Assembly: GCA_964016885.1 (NCBI GenBank)
Contig: OZ024743.1
Coordinates: 368,528,001 to 368,592,000 of the forward strand
Direction: 5' to 3'
Length of the DNA stretch: 64,000 nucleotides
Source: Eledone cirrhosa
Lineage: Eukaryota
The position numbers and the translations under genes are program-made. Under the pieces are notes generated by a model. The model worked only from the letters and a program-made list of their open reading frames with translations. It did not search any database and was not told the origin of the DNA. Position 1 is the first letter of the stretch. Every line of letters starts with the position of its first letter. Positions 10,664 through 23,962 of this stretch are shown here, one piece after another.

Positions 10664-13600
10664 ATCATCATCATCATCATCATCACCGTTTTACGTCCGT
10701 TCTTCCACGCTAGCATGGGTTAGACGGGTTGTCCTGTTGTGGGCAGTGTCTGGTCGGCTGACCATGCCTTGCTCATACAGGAACTGATCTGGCTTGATTT
10801 CTACAGCTGGATGCCCTTCCTAACACCAACCTCATTTACAGTGAGTGCTGGGTGCTTTTTCGTGGCGCCTACACGTCCACTTTACAGTGTGGGCTGGGTG
10901 CTTTTTTGCCGTGGCACCTCCACGACCACCTTGCGATGGGGGGGGGGGGGCATATTGTTTATATGCTTCAGCATGTACCCATGGGAGGTCGGGTACCCTG
11001 TATTACTGCGTGACGCCAGAAGTCACGGTCGTGTGTCATTGACTTTGAGAGGTGTAGTTGGGTAAGGTCGGCTTTTATCACCTCATCCCAAGTCATCTTG
11101 GGTCTCCCCACTCCGCGGTTTCCATCAACTTCTAGTGCTCTGCACCTTTTTATGCAGCTGTCATCCTTCATACGCATCACATGTCCATACCAGCGTAACC
11201 GCCTCTCCTGCACGCAGCATTTGATTCCTCTTATGCTCAGTCTCTCTCTCAATTCATTTATGCTTTGTCGTTCACGTATATTACTGTTACACATCCATCG
11301 GAGCATGCAGGCTTCGTTTCTCTCTAATCTACGTAAGTCTTCCACCTTCAGCGCCCAGGTCTCACTACCATGCAACATCGCTGTTCGGATACACGCATCA
11401 TACAGTCTGCCTTTCATTCTGAGGGAGAAGCCTTTTTTTGCAGCTAGCAGTGGTAGTAGTTCCCTAAACTTCTTCCATCCCGTTCTTACCCTAGTTATTG
11501 TACTTTCTGAGCACCCACCTCCGTTGCTAATTCGGTCACCTAGGTAGCAGAAGCTGTCTACTGTTTCTACAGGGCCCTCCCAGAGATTGGTGGTACTTGT
11601 TTCCTGTGGCTGTTTGCTTGCTGTTTCAGCACAGCTGCTGCATGTGAATCCTACATTCTTAATTAAGCTTCCTGAGATCCCGCTACATCTCTTGTGTACC
11701 CATTGTTTGCATTTGGGGCAAAGAATGGAGTTCCTACCTACACCTTTCCTACATACTGAGCAAGGCCATTTCCCTGAGGGGATCTGGGTTCTGTTTTCTC
11801 GTCTACTTACAAGGACCTTAGTCTTTGTCATGTTGACTTTGAGGCCCTTTCTCTCTAGTCCCTGCTTCCAGGTTTGGAATTTATTCTCTAGTTCTACCAT
11901 AGATTCAGCTATGAGTGCGAGGTCATCAGCATACAGGAGTTCCCATGGGCATCCGGTCTTAAACTCCTCCGTTATTGCCTGCAGGACTATGATGAACAGG
12001 AGAGGGCTAAGAACAGAGCCCTGGTGGACCCCAACCTGTACGCTAAATTCCTCGCTATACTCATTGCCAATCCTAACTTTGCTGACTGCTCCCCTATACA
12101 TGGCTTGTACCGCTTTCACAAGCCATTCATCTACTCCTAGTTTTCTAAGAGCCCACCAGATTACTGCACGTGGAACTCTGTCAAAGGCTTTCTCAAGGTC
12201 GACAAATGCCAAGTAGAGTGGCTTACTTTTAGCTAGGTACTTTTCCTGTAATTGCCTCACAAGGAAGAGTGCATCAGTGGTGCCTTTCCCTGGTACAAAC
12301 CCAAATTGCATCTCGTCTATATTCACCCGGTCCCTAATCAGCTGTGCTATAACTCTTTCTGTTACTTTCATGACCTGGTCCATCAACTTTATACCTCTAT
12401 AGTTTCCTCTATCTAGTGCATCGCCTTTACCTTTGTAGCAGTTGACAATGATGCTACTGCACCAATCTTTTGGTATGGCCCCCTCTAGTATTACCTGGTT
12501 AACGATACGTGTGGTTATAGTGTGACCTACAGACCCAGATGCCTTCAGCATCTCGGCAGCTATACCCGATGGACCGGTTGCCTTCCCTATCTTCATATCT
12601 CTGATTGCCTTACTTACTACGCTGCCGCTGACTTGTACTGCTGGTCCCTCTATAGGGTCTACGTGGGGTAGGGTCTCTTCTTCCCATGCATTCTCCTCAT
12701 TTAGTAATCTATCATAATGACTCTTCCATGCATCTTTCTTCTCAGCACTTGTGAGGGCAAGCTCACCTTTATCATTCCAGATACACTTCTCTCCAATGAC
12801 ATCACAACTATCTCTGACACACTGCCTCGCAATCTTGAATACCTCCTGTTTCTGGTCCTCACGTTGTAAAACATGCTTGAATTTTCTATCCTCTGCTTCC
12901 CTCCTAGCTAAGTATACTTGTCGCCTAGCTTCCCTCTTGGTCTCTATGTAATGTACCCTGCTCCCCCCGTTCTTCCATTCTTTCCATGCCTGTCTCTTGG
13001 CCTTGACTGCTTCATCTACCTTATTGTTCCACCACCAAGTCACTCTCCTCCTGCTTGAGGTCTTACTCCAGCCACAAACCTCATCCGTCGCCTCTAGTAA
13101 GTTATTTTTTAGGAACTCCCAGTTCTCTTCTACGTTAAATGTCTCTATCTGTTCTTCTTTACTGTCGTAGGCGTTGAGTAAAATATCTTTAAATCTGTTA
13201 CTGGTTGAGGGGACTTTCAGCTTCCAGATCTTTCTTGTCCAGGTTGGCCTCTGTTTCAGGGCTCGTCTAGTTCTGACCGTGAGGTCGCTGACAACTAAGC
13301 TATGTTGGGATGTACATTCCTCACTAGGGAAGGCTTTTGTGTTTACGACCGTCCATCTGTCACGTCCTCTGATGAGGATAAAATCTAACTGACTAGAGTG
13401 CTCCCCTGATCTATAGGTGATCAGGTGGTTGTCGGGTTTTTTAAAGTTTGTGTTACATATCGACATGTCATTGGCGTCGCAGAATTCTAGAAGTCTGAAT
13501 CCTTCCTCATTCCTTGTGCCAACTCCATGGCCTCCATGTACTCTATTGAAGCCGTCGCAGTGTTTACCTACGTGTCCGTTAAAATCTCCTGCAATGATTA

Positions 13601-14704
13601 GGAAGTCCTTGTCGTCTGTTAGAGCAGTAGTGTGTATTAGGGACTCGTAAAACCTATCCTTAAGTTCGTCTGGCAGCCCCGATTGGGGTGCGTAAGCTGA
13701 TATTATTGTGGTAATTGTCTTATTCAGGACTAGTCTGAGTTTAATGATTCTTGCATTTACCCTGTACACTGAGATTACTTTATCTACCCACTTGTCAGCT
13801 AATAGTATACCTACACCACCCATCCCATCGTCATTTCCCACCCAGAAAAATTTGTAGCACTGGCTTTTTCCTACAAGGACTCTAGCAGACCCTCCTCTCC
13901 ATCTAGTCTCTTGCACACAGCATACATCAACTTCCTTTCGCTCTAGCATTTCTACGATTTCTCCTGCTCTTCCTTTCATTGAGCCTACATTGATGGTACC
14001 AACTCGGAGTTTTGGGCATTTGTCGACACTCGTAGGGGAGGGTCTCTGGGTTGGCGCTTCACGTGGGTGCTTGGTAGCTCGCAGATTCATATTTCATCTA
14101 TTGATTCAGAGTTGCTCGTGTATTCCCAGCTCATCCATCCATAACGGTGGGAAAATTGAGGGCTAGAAGGACAGTGGTGGTGGGGTAATGGCAGGGTGTG
14201 TTGGGATGCGCCAGAGGAGGAGAGAGTTAGTTAGGCAGGTAGTAGCAGCAGCAGCAGTGGAAATGGCATGCTAGGTTTGATTGGTCGAATAGACTATGGT
14301 GGTGTGTGGGGGTGGGGTGGAGGGAAATTGTGAGGTAGGAACTGAGGGTCGCATGGTAAATATCCAAGTTAATACTACATCAGTGAAATTAACAATAATA
14401 ACGTCATGAAAAAAGCTACTAAGAGAAACCCTCGAAAATTTATCGCTAATACAGCAGGGAAAATTTAACGCTAATACAGCAGGGAACATCATAATATTAA
14501 CGACAATATGTAGGCTAAAATACCTTCGTAGATTAGATGGATGGCTGGCTGGGAAAATTTGAATCAGCTCTAGTGGTACATTTTAGCAGAGAAGAATGGG
14601 AAAGTGTCTTATCTCTTCAATATTTTCAGATTGAATGAATTAGGTTAAAGACAGGGTAGTAAGCCTTAAAGAAGTGCATAGAGAGGGGGGGGGGGTAGGA
14701 ACTG
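10664..14704 (-). mobile_element. Full-length, apparently intact RTE-clade LINE (subfamily A) with (GAT)n tail, inserted in (TA)n
   Basis: About 610 bp 5'UTR, single 1040-aa APE-RT ORF, about 300 bp 3'UTR ending in (GAT)n; both ends abut TA arrays. Confidence 0.93.
10968..14090 (-). CDS. RTE LINE ORF: apurinic-like endonuclease plus reverse transcriptase with inserted PHD-type zinc finger
   Basis: APE motifs GTINVGS, CVQETRW, SAYAP, GDFNGH, LDFIL, SQHSLV; RT motifs YRGIKL, QFGF, FVDLEKAFD, GVHQGSVLSP, YADD, FCYLG; RTE C-terminal RLRWYGHV and GRPKMTW. No stops. Confidence 0.95.
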   Translation of the reverse strand: MNLRATKHPREAPTQRPSPTSVDKCPKLRVGTINVGSMKGRAGEIVEMLERKEVDVCCVQETRWRGGSARVLVGKSQCYKFFWVGNDDGMGGVGILLADKWVDKVISVYRVNARIIKLRLVLNKTITTIISAYAPQSGLPDELKDRFYESLIHTTALTDDKDFLIIAGDFNGHVGKHCDGFNRVHGGHGVGTRNEEGFRLLEFCDANDMSICNTNFKKPDNHLITYRSGEHSSQLDFILIRGRDRWTVVNTKAFPSEECTSQHSLVVSDLTVRTRRALKQRPTWTRKIWKLKVPSTSNRFKDILLNAYDSKEEQIETFNVEENWEFLKNNLLEATDEVCGWSKTSSRRRVTWWWNNKVDEAVKAKRQAWKEWKNGGSRVHYIETKREARRQVYLARREAEDRKFKHVLQREDQKQEVFKIARQCVRDSCDVIGEKCIWNDKGELALTSAEKKDAWKSHYDRLLNEENAWEEETLPHVDPIEGPAVQVSGSVVSKAIRDMKIGKATGPSGIAAEMLKASGSVGHTITTRIVNQVILEGAIPKDWCSSIIVNCYKGKGDALDRGNYRGIKLMDQVMKVTERVIAQLIRDRVNIDEMQFGFVPGKGTTDALFLVRQLQEKYLAKSKPLYLAFVDLEKAFDRVPRAVIWWALRKLGVDEWLVKAVQAMYRGAVSKVRIGNEYSEEFSVQVGVHQGSVLSPLLFIIVLQAITEEFKTGCPWELLYADDLALIAESMVELENKFQTWKQGLERKGLKVNMTKTKVLVSRRENRTQIPSGKWPCSVCRKGVGRNSILCPKCKQWVHKRCSGISGSLIKNVGFTCSSCAETASKQPQETSTTNLWEGPVETVDSFCYLGDRISNGGGCSESTITRVRTGWKKFRELLPLLAAKKGFSLRMKGRLYDACIRTAMLHGSETWALKVEDLRRLERNEACMLRWMCNSNIRERQSINELRERLSIRGIKCCVQERRLRWYGHVMRMKDDSCIKRCRALEVDGNRGVGRPKMTWDEVIKADLTQLHLSKSMTHDRDFWRHAVIQGTRPPMGTC

Positions 14705-15965
<1,261 letters not shown>

Positions 15966-15967
<2 letters not shown>

Positions 15968-16177
15968 TCACCCACTTATTCCTGATGAGAGGGTCGTAAA
16001 CACTCCTTCCAGCAGGTCCTGTCAGAAGCAACTGTCTCCAACTGATCCGGAAATCAGGCCAAAATCGGTTCTGTATGAGCAAGACATGGTCATCTGATCT
16101 CGACTTGCCTCAAATAAGACAACCCGTCCAACCCATGCTTAGCATGCAAAATGTATGTTAAACGGTGATGATGATGA
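15966..16177 (+). mobile_element. 3' end fragment of another RTE subfamily (C)
   Basis: Tail ggttctgtatgagcaagacatggtc...acccgtccaacccatgcttagcatg...ggtgatgatgatgat homologous to the subfamily A tail. Confidence 0.75.
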
Positions 16178-16749
16178 TATCTGTATCATGTTTTGTTGCC
16201 TTAACTTTCCGGTTGTCAACTTCTGATAATGATATTTACATCTGTATCAATGATGCAGCTGGTGTGTGTGCACACACTTTCACAAGAGCAAACACAACAG
16301 GGGCACATGTACAAAAATACATATACACACACAGTCACATACATACTGGTGTGCATTCTTACATATGTACAGAAGCACACATACATGTGCACACCTAAAT
16401 GCATGAAAACACACATGTTTTTGTCTTTTTTCTTTTTTTTTTTGTTATTCATTGAAATATATTGTTTCCTGTGTTTCAAAAAGTAAATCCAATTAAATAT
16501 TTAAATTTAGTAAATTAGTTTTATGTTTTAACCTGTTTTCTCACCTTTGTTATTTTCTTGCCAATTATTCCATTTTGTTGTTCCACTTCTGTTGTTGCTT
16601 CCATATCTTTCTCTCTCGTGTTTCTTGATTATGACTATTATTATCATCTCAATTCTTTTTCTTTCTTAATGTTGGCTCTTATTACTATAAAGACAACAGT
16701 AGTGGTATTGGGTGGGTGTGTAAATAATGTTGTTGTTACTGTTATTTTT

Positions 16750-17110
16750 AAAACCAAGTCAGCCAGAAATGTGTAGACCGTTAATTAAAAGCATTTTTAC
16801 CTTGACCATCCTATCTTATATATCAAGGACTAGATTGTTCTTTCATTCTCTTGTTTAAGATAGTAGGATGCGATCTAAGGGACATTTGGCTGCCATCTCC
16901 AACATGTCATTGAGGCTCACTCATTGCTGTTGTTTTACCTTGGTCAAAAAGACTAATGATTAAAAACATTCCAGATGCATCCCACCCATCTTTATTTCAA
17001 ACATAGAATATTGCGGATTTCATTGTCTAATAGGTATGTCTTTCCTTTCTTTAAGACACACAGTGTAATTTGAGAGGGATTTGACTGCTATTTCTAGAAG
17101 GTTTAGCAGC
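16750..17110. repeat. Old interspersed repeat family (also approx. 5700-5930, 35590-35950, 42460-42560, 51650-51815)
   Basis: Recurrent ttaagatggta...atttgagagggatttg(g/a)ctgctatttctagcagg motif. Confidence 0.55.
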
Positions 17111-20100
17111 CACATGCTGGCTAGCTGATTGTTGTTAATGTTGTTGTTGAAGATATTGTTTAGCCCTAGCTTAGTCCTGATCTTGCAGCTCTATGATGAT
17201 CTTCCAATCTTGAATAACATGTTTATTTTTCAGATATAATGTCTCTAAGACTACATTTTCTTTCCATTGTCTGTTTTCTTTTAAATGCATATGGTGAACA
17301 CACACACACACACATTTCCCCTATCCTCTAACTGAAATATTAATAAGTGAAGTACTTTTGTCAGTTGACTTGAAGCCATTTATAAAATGTGTACCACAAT
17401 AGCACAATCTATGATTGTTACATTAAGGTGTGACACAGAGACACCTCATGTAACCATAAGATGTCGCATTAGATTTTTGTGTATTTTATTTTTTCACTTT
17501 AAGCTGTCAAAGTTCTACTAGTGAGCAGTTTGCAGGTGGCAAATAGCGATACAGCCACCAAATATGATGGTTAGTTGCGATATAAGCAGGCACCTGCCAG
17601 ACAAATAAGCAACCCCAGATCAACAGACCTATAGTCTGAAGTAATGTCAAGAAAATTTTCAAGTTATACTATACTGGGAATTTGTCTACAGAATAATCTA
17701 GAGAAATCATCATGATAGTGATTCAATAATTGAATGTGGATATTGCTGATTGTTCTAATTTCCAATAAATACTATTTATGATAAAGATTTGTTAAATCAT
17801 TATAGTATCGATTGCAATATATCACAGACAATGATTTAATCTGAAACTCAGACAGATCAATGTGTTTCAGTCTAAATCTAACTTAATCTCAATATCAAAC
17901 CAAATCGTTTTATTTCCTACTGTCTTTTTTGTCACTGAGCAACTTATATTTATGCCTGTTAACCATCAAGGTCATCCTTAGTTAATTTCTAAACTTGATC
18001 ATCACAATTTGTCATAAACACTTCCATTTCTCACTTTGCCTCTCCTTCCTTCATCTTTCACCCCACCATCCTCTCTCTCTATCACCCTTTTCTGTAACCT
18101 CATAATTTTAATCCAATTGATCCTAATTCCTTTCTAACATAAAATGACATCAATCTATCATTTTTGGGGGTTTTTCATTTAATCTTCAAAACTTTTGAAG
18201 CAAAATACTTTTTGCCAATTTGGTTTTCAGTGGTAGATATAATGTAGATATAATTCAATCTTATCTGTAAACTCGTATAAGCTCCTGAAGATTAGGTCAC
18301 AATTTTGAAGATATGGTCAATATTGGGCCTTGAAACCTTAGGTAGTGCTTTTGTTCCATGTATTAACATAAATGAATAATATAATATCAATATATATAAT
18401 CATTTTTAATGTCAATTTCTAGTTCTTTTGGGAGCATGAATGTAAAATATTTCCATGGACAATTTTGGATTTCAAATGTCTCAAAAATATAATTCTTGTT
18501 CTGTTTTGATTTACATTTTTAAATGAACAAGATGTTTATTAGATTCTGGAGTTAATGTTAGAGACTGGAAGAAATATTGAAAATATATTTCAATATCTCA
18601 CCATGTTTTAAATGTTAACATTTCTGCTTTGTAGATGTTTACCCTTTTTCAGGATTTTGTTATCATAAGTAGTTTGCCTTATGTCTCCTACAAGATGCTA
18701 GTGTGGTTTGATATCTTCTTACTCATTAGATGTACTAAACATAGTTTTGGTATTCTTGGTAAAGCTGAGTGTTATATGTACTCAAAATATTTTTTCATTT
18801 ATCTAAACAGGCATAGTGTAGTTAAGGAGTTCACTTAACAAACATGTAGTTTTGATTTCAGTCTCACTGAGTGATTCCTTGGGCGTGTTCTACTAAAGCT
18901 ATGGGTTGACTAATGCCTTGTGAACAGAATTTGATAGATAGAAATTGTGCAGATGATGTATGGGAAAATAGAATAGTGAAAGATGTAGCTGGTGAATTTG
19001 AGGAGTCACTAAGTCTTGTGGAACGGTCTCAGTAATACACAGGGAGCAACATTGATGGTCAAACAAGCTCAAAACATGCATGTTGGTTTCACCAAGTTAA
19101 CATTAGAACAATGTTGACTCTCTTCTGTATTGGCTAAATATTTTTCCACTAATTATATTTCACATATGAGACTCCTTTTGCATTTTTTAACATTAGGAAA
19201 ATCTTACAAGTCAAAATAATCACCATCATTTGCGATTACCATCTATATCTGTAGGTTTGAAAAGAAAAAGGAAAACAGCGCTCAATCGGGAAGAGAGCAG
19301 AAATATTATATTATTTATTTATGATCTTATAAACTCGTATAAGTGCCTGCAGAAAGGTCACTAATTTGATGCCTCTTGTATTTTGGAGGTATGGTCAAAT
19401 TTTTGGACCTTGAAACCTTGGGTAGCACCTATGTTCCTTGTACCAATATATAACAAACCATTTAACACATGTACAGAGTTCATCTTGCGATGTTCTTACA
19501 TTTCTAAGTACCTTTTAAAGAACTGGCCTCCTCAACTTTCTTCCCTGATTCCATCTACTGTCATGCCATCAGAATTCATTCAGTGTCAAATCCCACCTGT
19601 AGTTGTTTGCTTTTTCACTACATCAGTCAGATCCCGTCTGTACTTGTGCATTAGAGTGTATTCATTTCTAATGCTCAGTGATTGGTTGAATTAGGAAGCT
19701 ATGCTGAGTTTGAACGAATCACTGCATGTTTTATGAATAATGTTATCAATGTGGTGGTTAGTTACAAGTTACATGTGAGAAATAAAACCATGTTGTTTTT
19801 AGAAGGAACATTTAAAAAAAAAACATGGCGTTGGATAGTGATAGTGATTATATTTTCAAAGGCTTTTCAGAAACTTATATAGCTGGAGCAGAAAAAGAAC
19901 TATGTAATATATTTGAAAAATGAAGAGAATTTATCAGATATTGATTTAATGTCTGAATCTGACTCTGATAAAGATATATCAATGATAAATTTGTACGGTA
20001 ACTGAGGCGACAGCTGTGATGACTAACAAACTTTAGAATGGAGTGATCAGTTTTCAGAAGTTAATGTTAACGTATCCAAAAGAAATCCTGGACTAGGGAA

Positions 20101-20254
20101 TATCTTAAACTCTGAGAAACAAGAAACAGATTTTCTTTCTTTCTATTATTTACTGAATTGGCAGTATCGGTAGAGTGTCAGACAATATGCTTAGCAGCAC
20201 AGAATTACAGTCTATTCTCTGCTGAATTCAAATTCCATTGAGGGCTTAAATCTA

Positions 20255-20960
20255 TATTGTGTAGGACCCATTTAAAATCAGTCTTCAAACTGATCACACT
20301 TCCAAAGTTATTTTTCAGCCATTTTTGCATCTCATTGTGAGTGTGAGGGTTTGTTCCATCTTTCTGGAACCAGAACTCATTCATTAAAGATAGGTACATG
20401 ATCTGCAACTCCTTGTTCAAGTCTTCCAGGACCTACATGTAGCCTTCCTTTGTGACTGTAGAAGTGACACGGTTTTCTTTAAAGAATTGGTCAATCAACC
20501 CTCTCTCAGAAATGTCAGCCCAAACAGTGTATTTAGCTGAGTGGAGAGATTTGACAGCCATTTCAGTGGATTTCTCAGACCCCCAGAACACATTGATCTT
20601 AGAATTTATCCATCCCTTTAAGTGAAAGTGAGATTCATCAGAGTTTCACAGCAGATTAAAAAAATTTGAGTTGTTTTCTATCTTCTCCAGCATTTTCTCA
20701 GCCATAGCGTTTCTCTTGGTCTTATCAACTACAGTAAGCTTTTCTTTAATTTGTGTTCTGCAAGATTCTGTGGAGGGACCCAAGGATTGACTTCTACACA
20801 GCATTTGATAGACAGGCATACTATTTCTTTTCTGATTTCTTATACATAACTTCCTCTATATGCTTTCTGGGTTGTCCAAACTGGCTAGGTCTCAAGCTTC
20901 TTCACCCAGTTTTGTATATTGCCAATCCTTGCCTATGGTCATACATTTTGTGTAATGCCT
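20255..20960 (-). mobile_element. Tc1/mariner-superfamily transposase remnant (rosa/DD41D-like motifs)
   Basis: DESHFHLKGWINSKINVFWG, VWA and WFQKDGTNPHT on the minus strand. Confidence 0.7.
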
Positions 20961-20989
20961 GAAAGAATATGATTACAAGAATATGATAA

Positions 20990-21370
20990 CGAATACAAGC
21001 AGCCGATATGGAGTTCCTCCAAAGAGTTTTTGGAGTAATGTTACTTGATAGTGTGTAGCTCAGAGATCAGAGAATCACTCCAGGTAGAGCCACTACTTCT
21101 CTTAATTGAGAGATCACAGCTTCAGTACTCAGTGATTAGAATGTTTTGGGAAAGAATTGCTGGACTGATTTCATCTACAAAACCAAGCTGCAGGAGATCC
21201 TGTGTTAGACCCTGAACAAGATGGTTGGATAACATCCATGAGCTTGGCTAGTCTCATGTGGAATCCAGCTGGATCAATTGGTATGGGTTACTTCTAACAG
21301 GACCCACTAGAAAGCATGCTTGAAGACTCTTCCCCCATGATCTTCTCAGTAATAAGTGGGCATGAAAATA
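20990..21370 (+). mobile_element. C-terminal fragment of an Expander/Rex3-like RTE
   Basis: Translates to IQAADMEFLQRVFGV...SEIRESLQVEPLLLLIERSQLQ. Confidence 0.65.
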
Positions 21371-22431
21371 GGTACTTTGAATGGAGATTTGTCTATTTCA
21401 AAGAATGCATGAAATTGCTCCTAGCTGTTTGTCAAGTCACAGTTATAGTAGTATTTCGCTCTAAAAATCTGGTGTTGGAGCTCCTATTGGGTTTTTGTTG
21501 TCTTCTCAAACCTGCTGTATCCTGAAATTAAAGGTTGATTGATTAGAAAATGGATATACAGTGATACAAAATGTACACAGGACTTTTTTTTTTTATTAGT
21601 CTCCCTGCATTTGTGAATATGTATTTGTGAAAAGTATTAGGATTAAATTGGTTAGGCAGAAACTGTGTGGAAGCTCATTGGATCGATTGTACCTGAAATT
21701 TAAAGAGCGAGTCTTGTCACACATTGTCACATTGATTCTGCATTAGAATTATAACAGTCTATGGAATATTCAGTCACTTACTGTGTAATTCAATGAGTCA
21801 GTCACTATGTTGATAGAAAAACTAGAATACTAATCATTACAATGAACAGAACATTTATTTTACTGTTATTTACTTGTAAGCATATATATACAGCTGACAA
21901 AACAGAAATAAATGGCTCCACTTCTGAAATATAAAATGAATGATTAGCAGTAGGAATAGAATTATCCAGCTATAGAGAGATCTTCTAACTAGTTGTTCGA
22001 CCTACTAACAATAGTAAACAAATCACATCTGTTACCTTAAAAAAGAAAGGGCACCTTGGACAATGTAGTACTGGATACACTCTGATAAAAAGCAAAGTAA
22101 ACAAGATAGGTTGATTTGCAGCTGAAGCAATGCCTTTGATCATAAATCTTTTTGATCAAGATTGATCTCTGGTTAAAAAAAAACAAAAAAACGGCATTAA
22201 TGCAACAAATAAATCATCTCACTCATGATAGCATGGAAAAAATCGATGTAAATAAAACAATTACATATAATTTATGTATAAATGACTGCATGTATGTCTA
22301 TGTATATACATAGGCTTGTGTCTGTTTTTGTGTGAGGTTGGGGGTAAAATATCAGTCTCATATCACATTTCATTTAGTACATGTGTTATTGTGATCACTG
22401 TAGTCTTCATCAGAACTGCAACAAATAAATA

Positions 22432-22616
22432 ACTGTTTCTACTTTAGGCACAAGGCCAGCAGTCACCCAGTGCATTACTGGTACTTTATTTTATCGACCC
22501 CGTAAGGATGAAAGGCAAAGTCAACCTAGGCGGGATTTGAACTCAGATCGTAAAGGGACGTAACTATGCTGGAAAGCATGGTGTCTGACCCTCTACCGAT
22601 ACTGCCAATCCACCGC
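22432..22616 (-). mobile_element. tRNA-derived SINE with Meta-domain-like core (other copies approx. 7631-7727, 28050-28233, 31240-31430, 32605-32730, 39430-39610, 43860-43920)
   Basis: A/B-box-like head (tggattggcagtatcggtag / gagttcaaatcc) and core gcctttcatccttacggggtcgataaaataaagtaccag; flanked by repeated gcaacaaataaataactg (TSD). Confidence 0.82.
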
Positions 22617-23494
22617 AACAAATAAATAACTGCAACTAGAAGTATTCACTGTTGCTGAAGGTGCCATATAACTTATCAATGTTAAAACGGAATTAAATGA
22701 TGATCATGCAGATTCTGTTATAAGTAATTTCAGGAAAAAGTTTAGACTATGACAGTGTGATATAAATTCTGATATCTTGTATATAATTAATGTGGAAGTG
22801 TGGAATTTCCTGTGAAATTTTAACCCACAATTCTTCATGACATTAATATTAAATTAGCTGAACTCATGGAAATTCTTCATTGTATCAATTTTCTTATTTC
22901 TATTCATAATTTTATGAATCTTCAAAACCTTGTTTCATTATGTTAAAGATTTCAATTATTTCTTATATTTTTTTCTATAGTTAAAGTTGTTTTAAAGTAT
23001 AACACACGAACATAAATTCCGTGACAAACATTATAGATCAAGGGTTGACAAATATGTTTCGAGGAAAGTCAGATTGGAAATATGTTAGTGTCTTGCAAGC
23101 CAAGGTGAATAAAACATGAAACCATGATCATGCAAGACTGTGCAATTAGCTTGTTATTTTTCTTTGTAATTTAATGTTTTTCATTATAAGTGTTTAACAT
23201 AAAATACATGTTTTTCACTGGAGATATAAGGAATAACCAAAAGAGAAGGCTTTTAATTGTCATTGAATAAGCTAACTGGAAACTTAGTTCTTCTTAAAAG
23301 ATTCAGTTTAACAGATAACTCTTAATTCCACAAGAGTGTATACATTAAATAATTGATGATTTAAAAAACATGAATATTAGTTTAAAAAATAAACTAAATA
23401 AGCTGTTTTCCTCACTTTACCACCACTACCACAAGCAACTGTGGTGTGTGTGTGTAAGTAAATAGCCATCTCTTTCTTCTGCCCCATACCATTA

Positions 23495-23694
23495 NNNNNN
23501 NNNNNNNNNNNNNNNNNNNNNNNNNNNNNNNNNNNNNNNNNNNNNNNNNNNNNNNNNNNNNNNNNNNNNNNNNNNNNNNNNNNNNNNNNNNNNNNNNNNN
23601 NNNNNNNNNNNNNNNNNNNNNNNNNNNNNNNNNNNNNNNNNNNNNNNNNNNNNNNNNNNNNNNNNNNNNNNNNNNNNNNNNNNNNNNNNNNNNN
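23495..23694. other. Assembly gap (200 N)
   Basis: Run of N. Confidence 0.99.
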
Positions 23695-23745
23695 CCCTGC
23701 CATCAAATCTTTGTGTTTTCCTCTCACCTTTCCTCCATCTGCATC

Positions 23746-23962
23746 ATATACATGCATACATACATACATACATACATACATACATACATACATACATACA
23801 TACATACATACATACATACATACATACATACATACATACATACATACATACATACATACATACATACATACATACATACATACATACATACATACATACA
23901 TACATACATACATACATACATACATACATACATACATACATACATACATACATACATACATA
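23746..23962 (+). repeat. (CATA)n microsatellite
   Basis: About 50 near-perfect units next to the gap. Confidence 0.97.

Noticed and set aside
11098-13650. Plus-strand ORFs of 66-209 aa, repeated at 61935-63785
   Set aside because: Antisense shadows of the RTE ORF; they recur only because the element is duplicated.
15982-16010. CTGATGA with a small stem as a hammerhead candidate
   Set aside because: No GAAA after the stem and no stems I/III; lies in an RTE 3'UTR.
19850-20150. Acidic stretch resembling a piggyBac transposase N-terminus
   Set aside because: Too degraded; no TIR pair or catalytic motifs.
22560-22616. tRNA gene candidate
   Set aside because: SINE head; no cloverleaf and followed by the SINE core.
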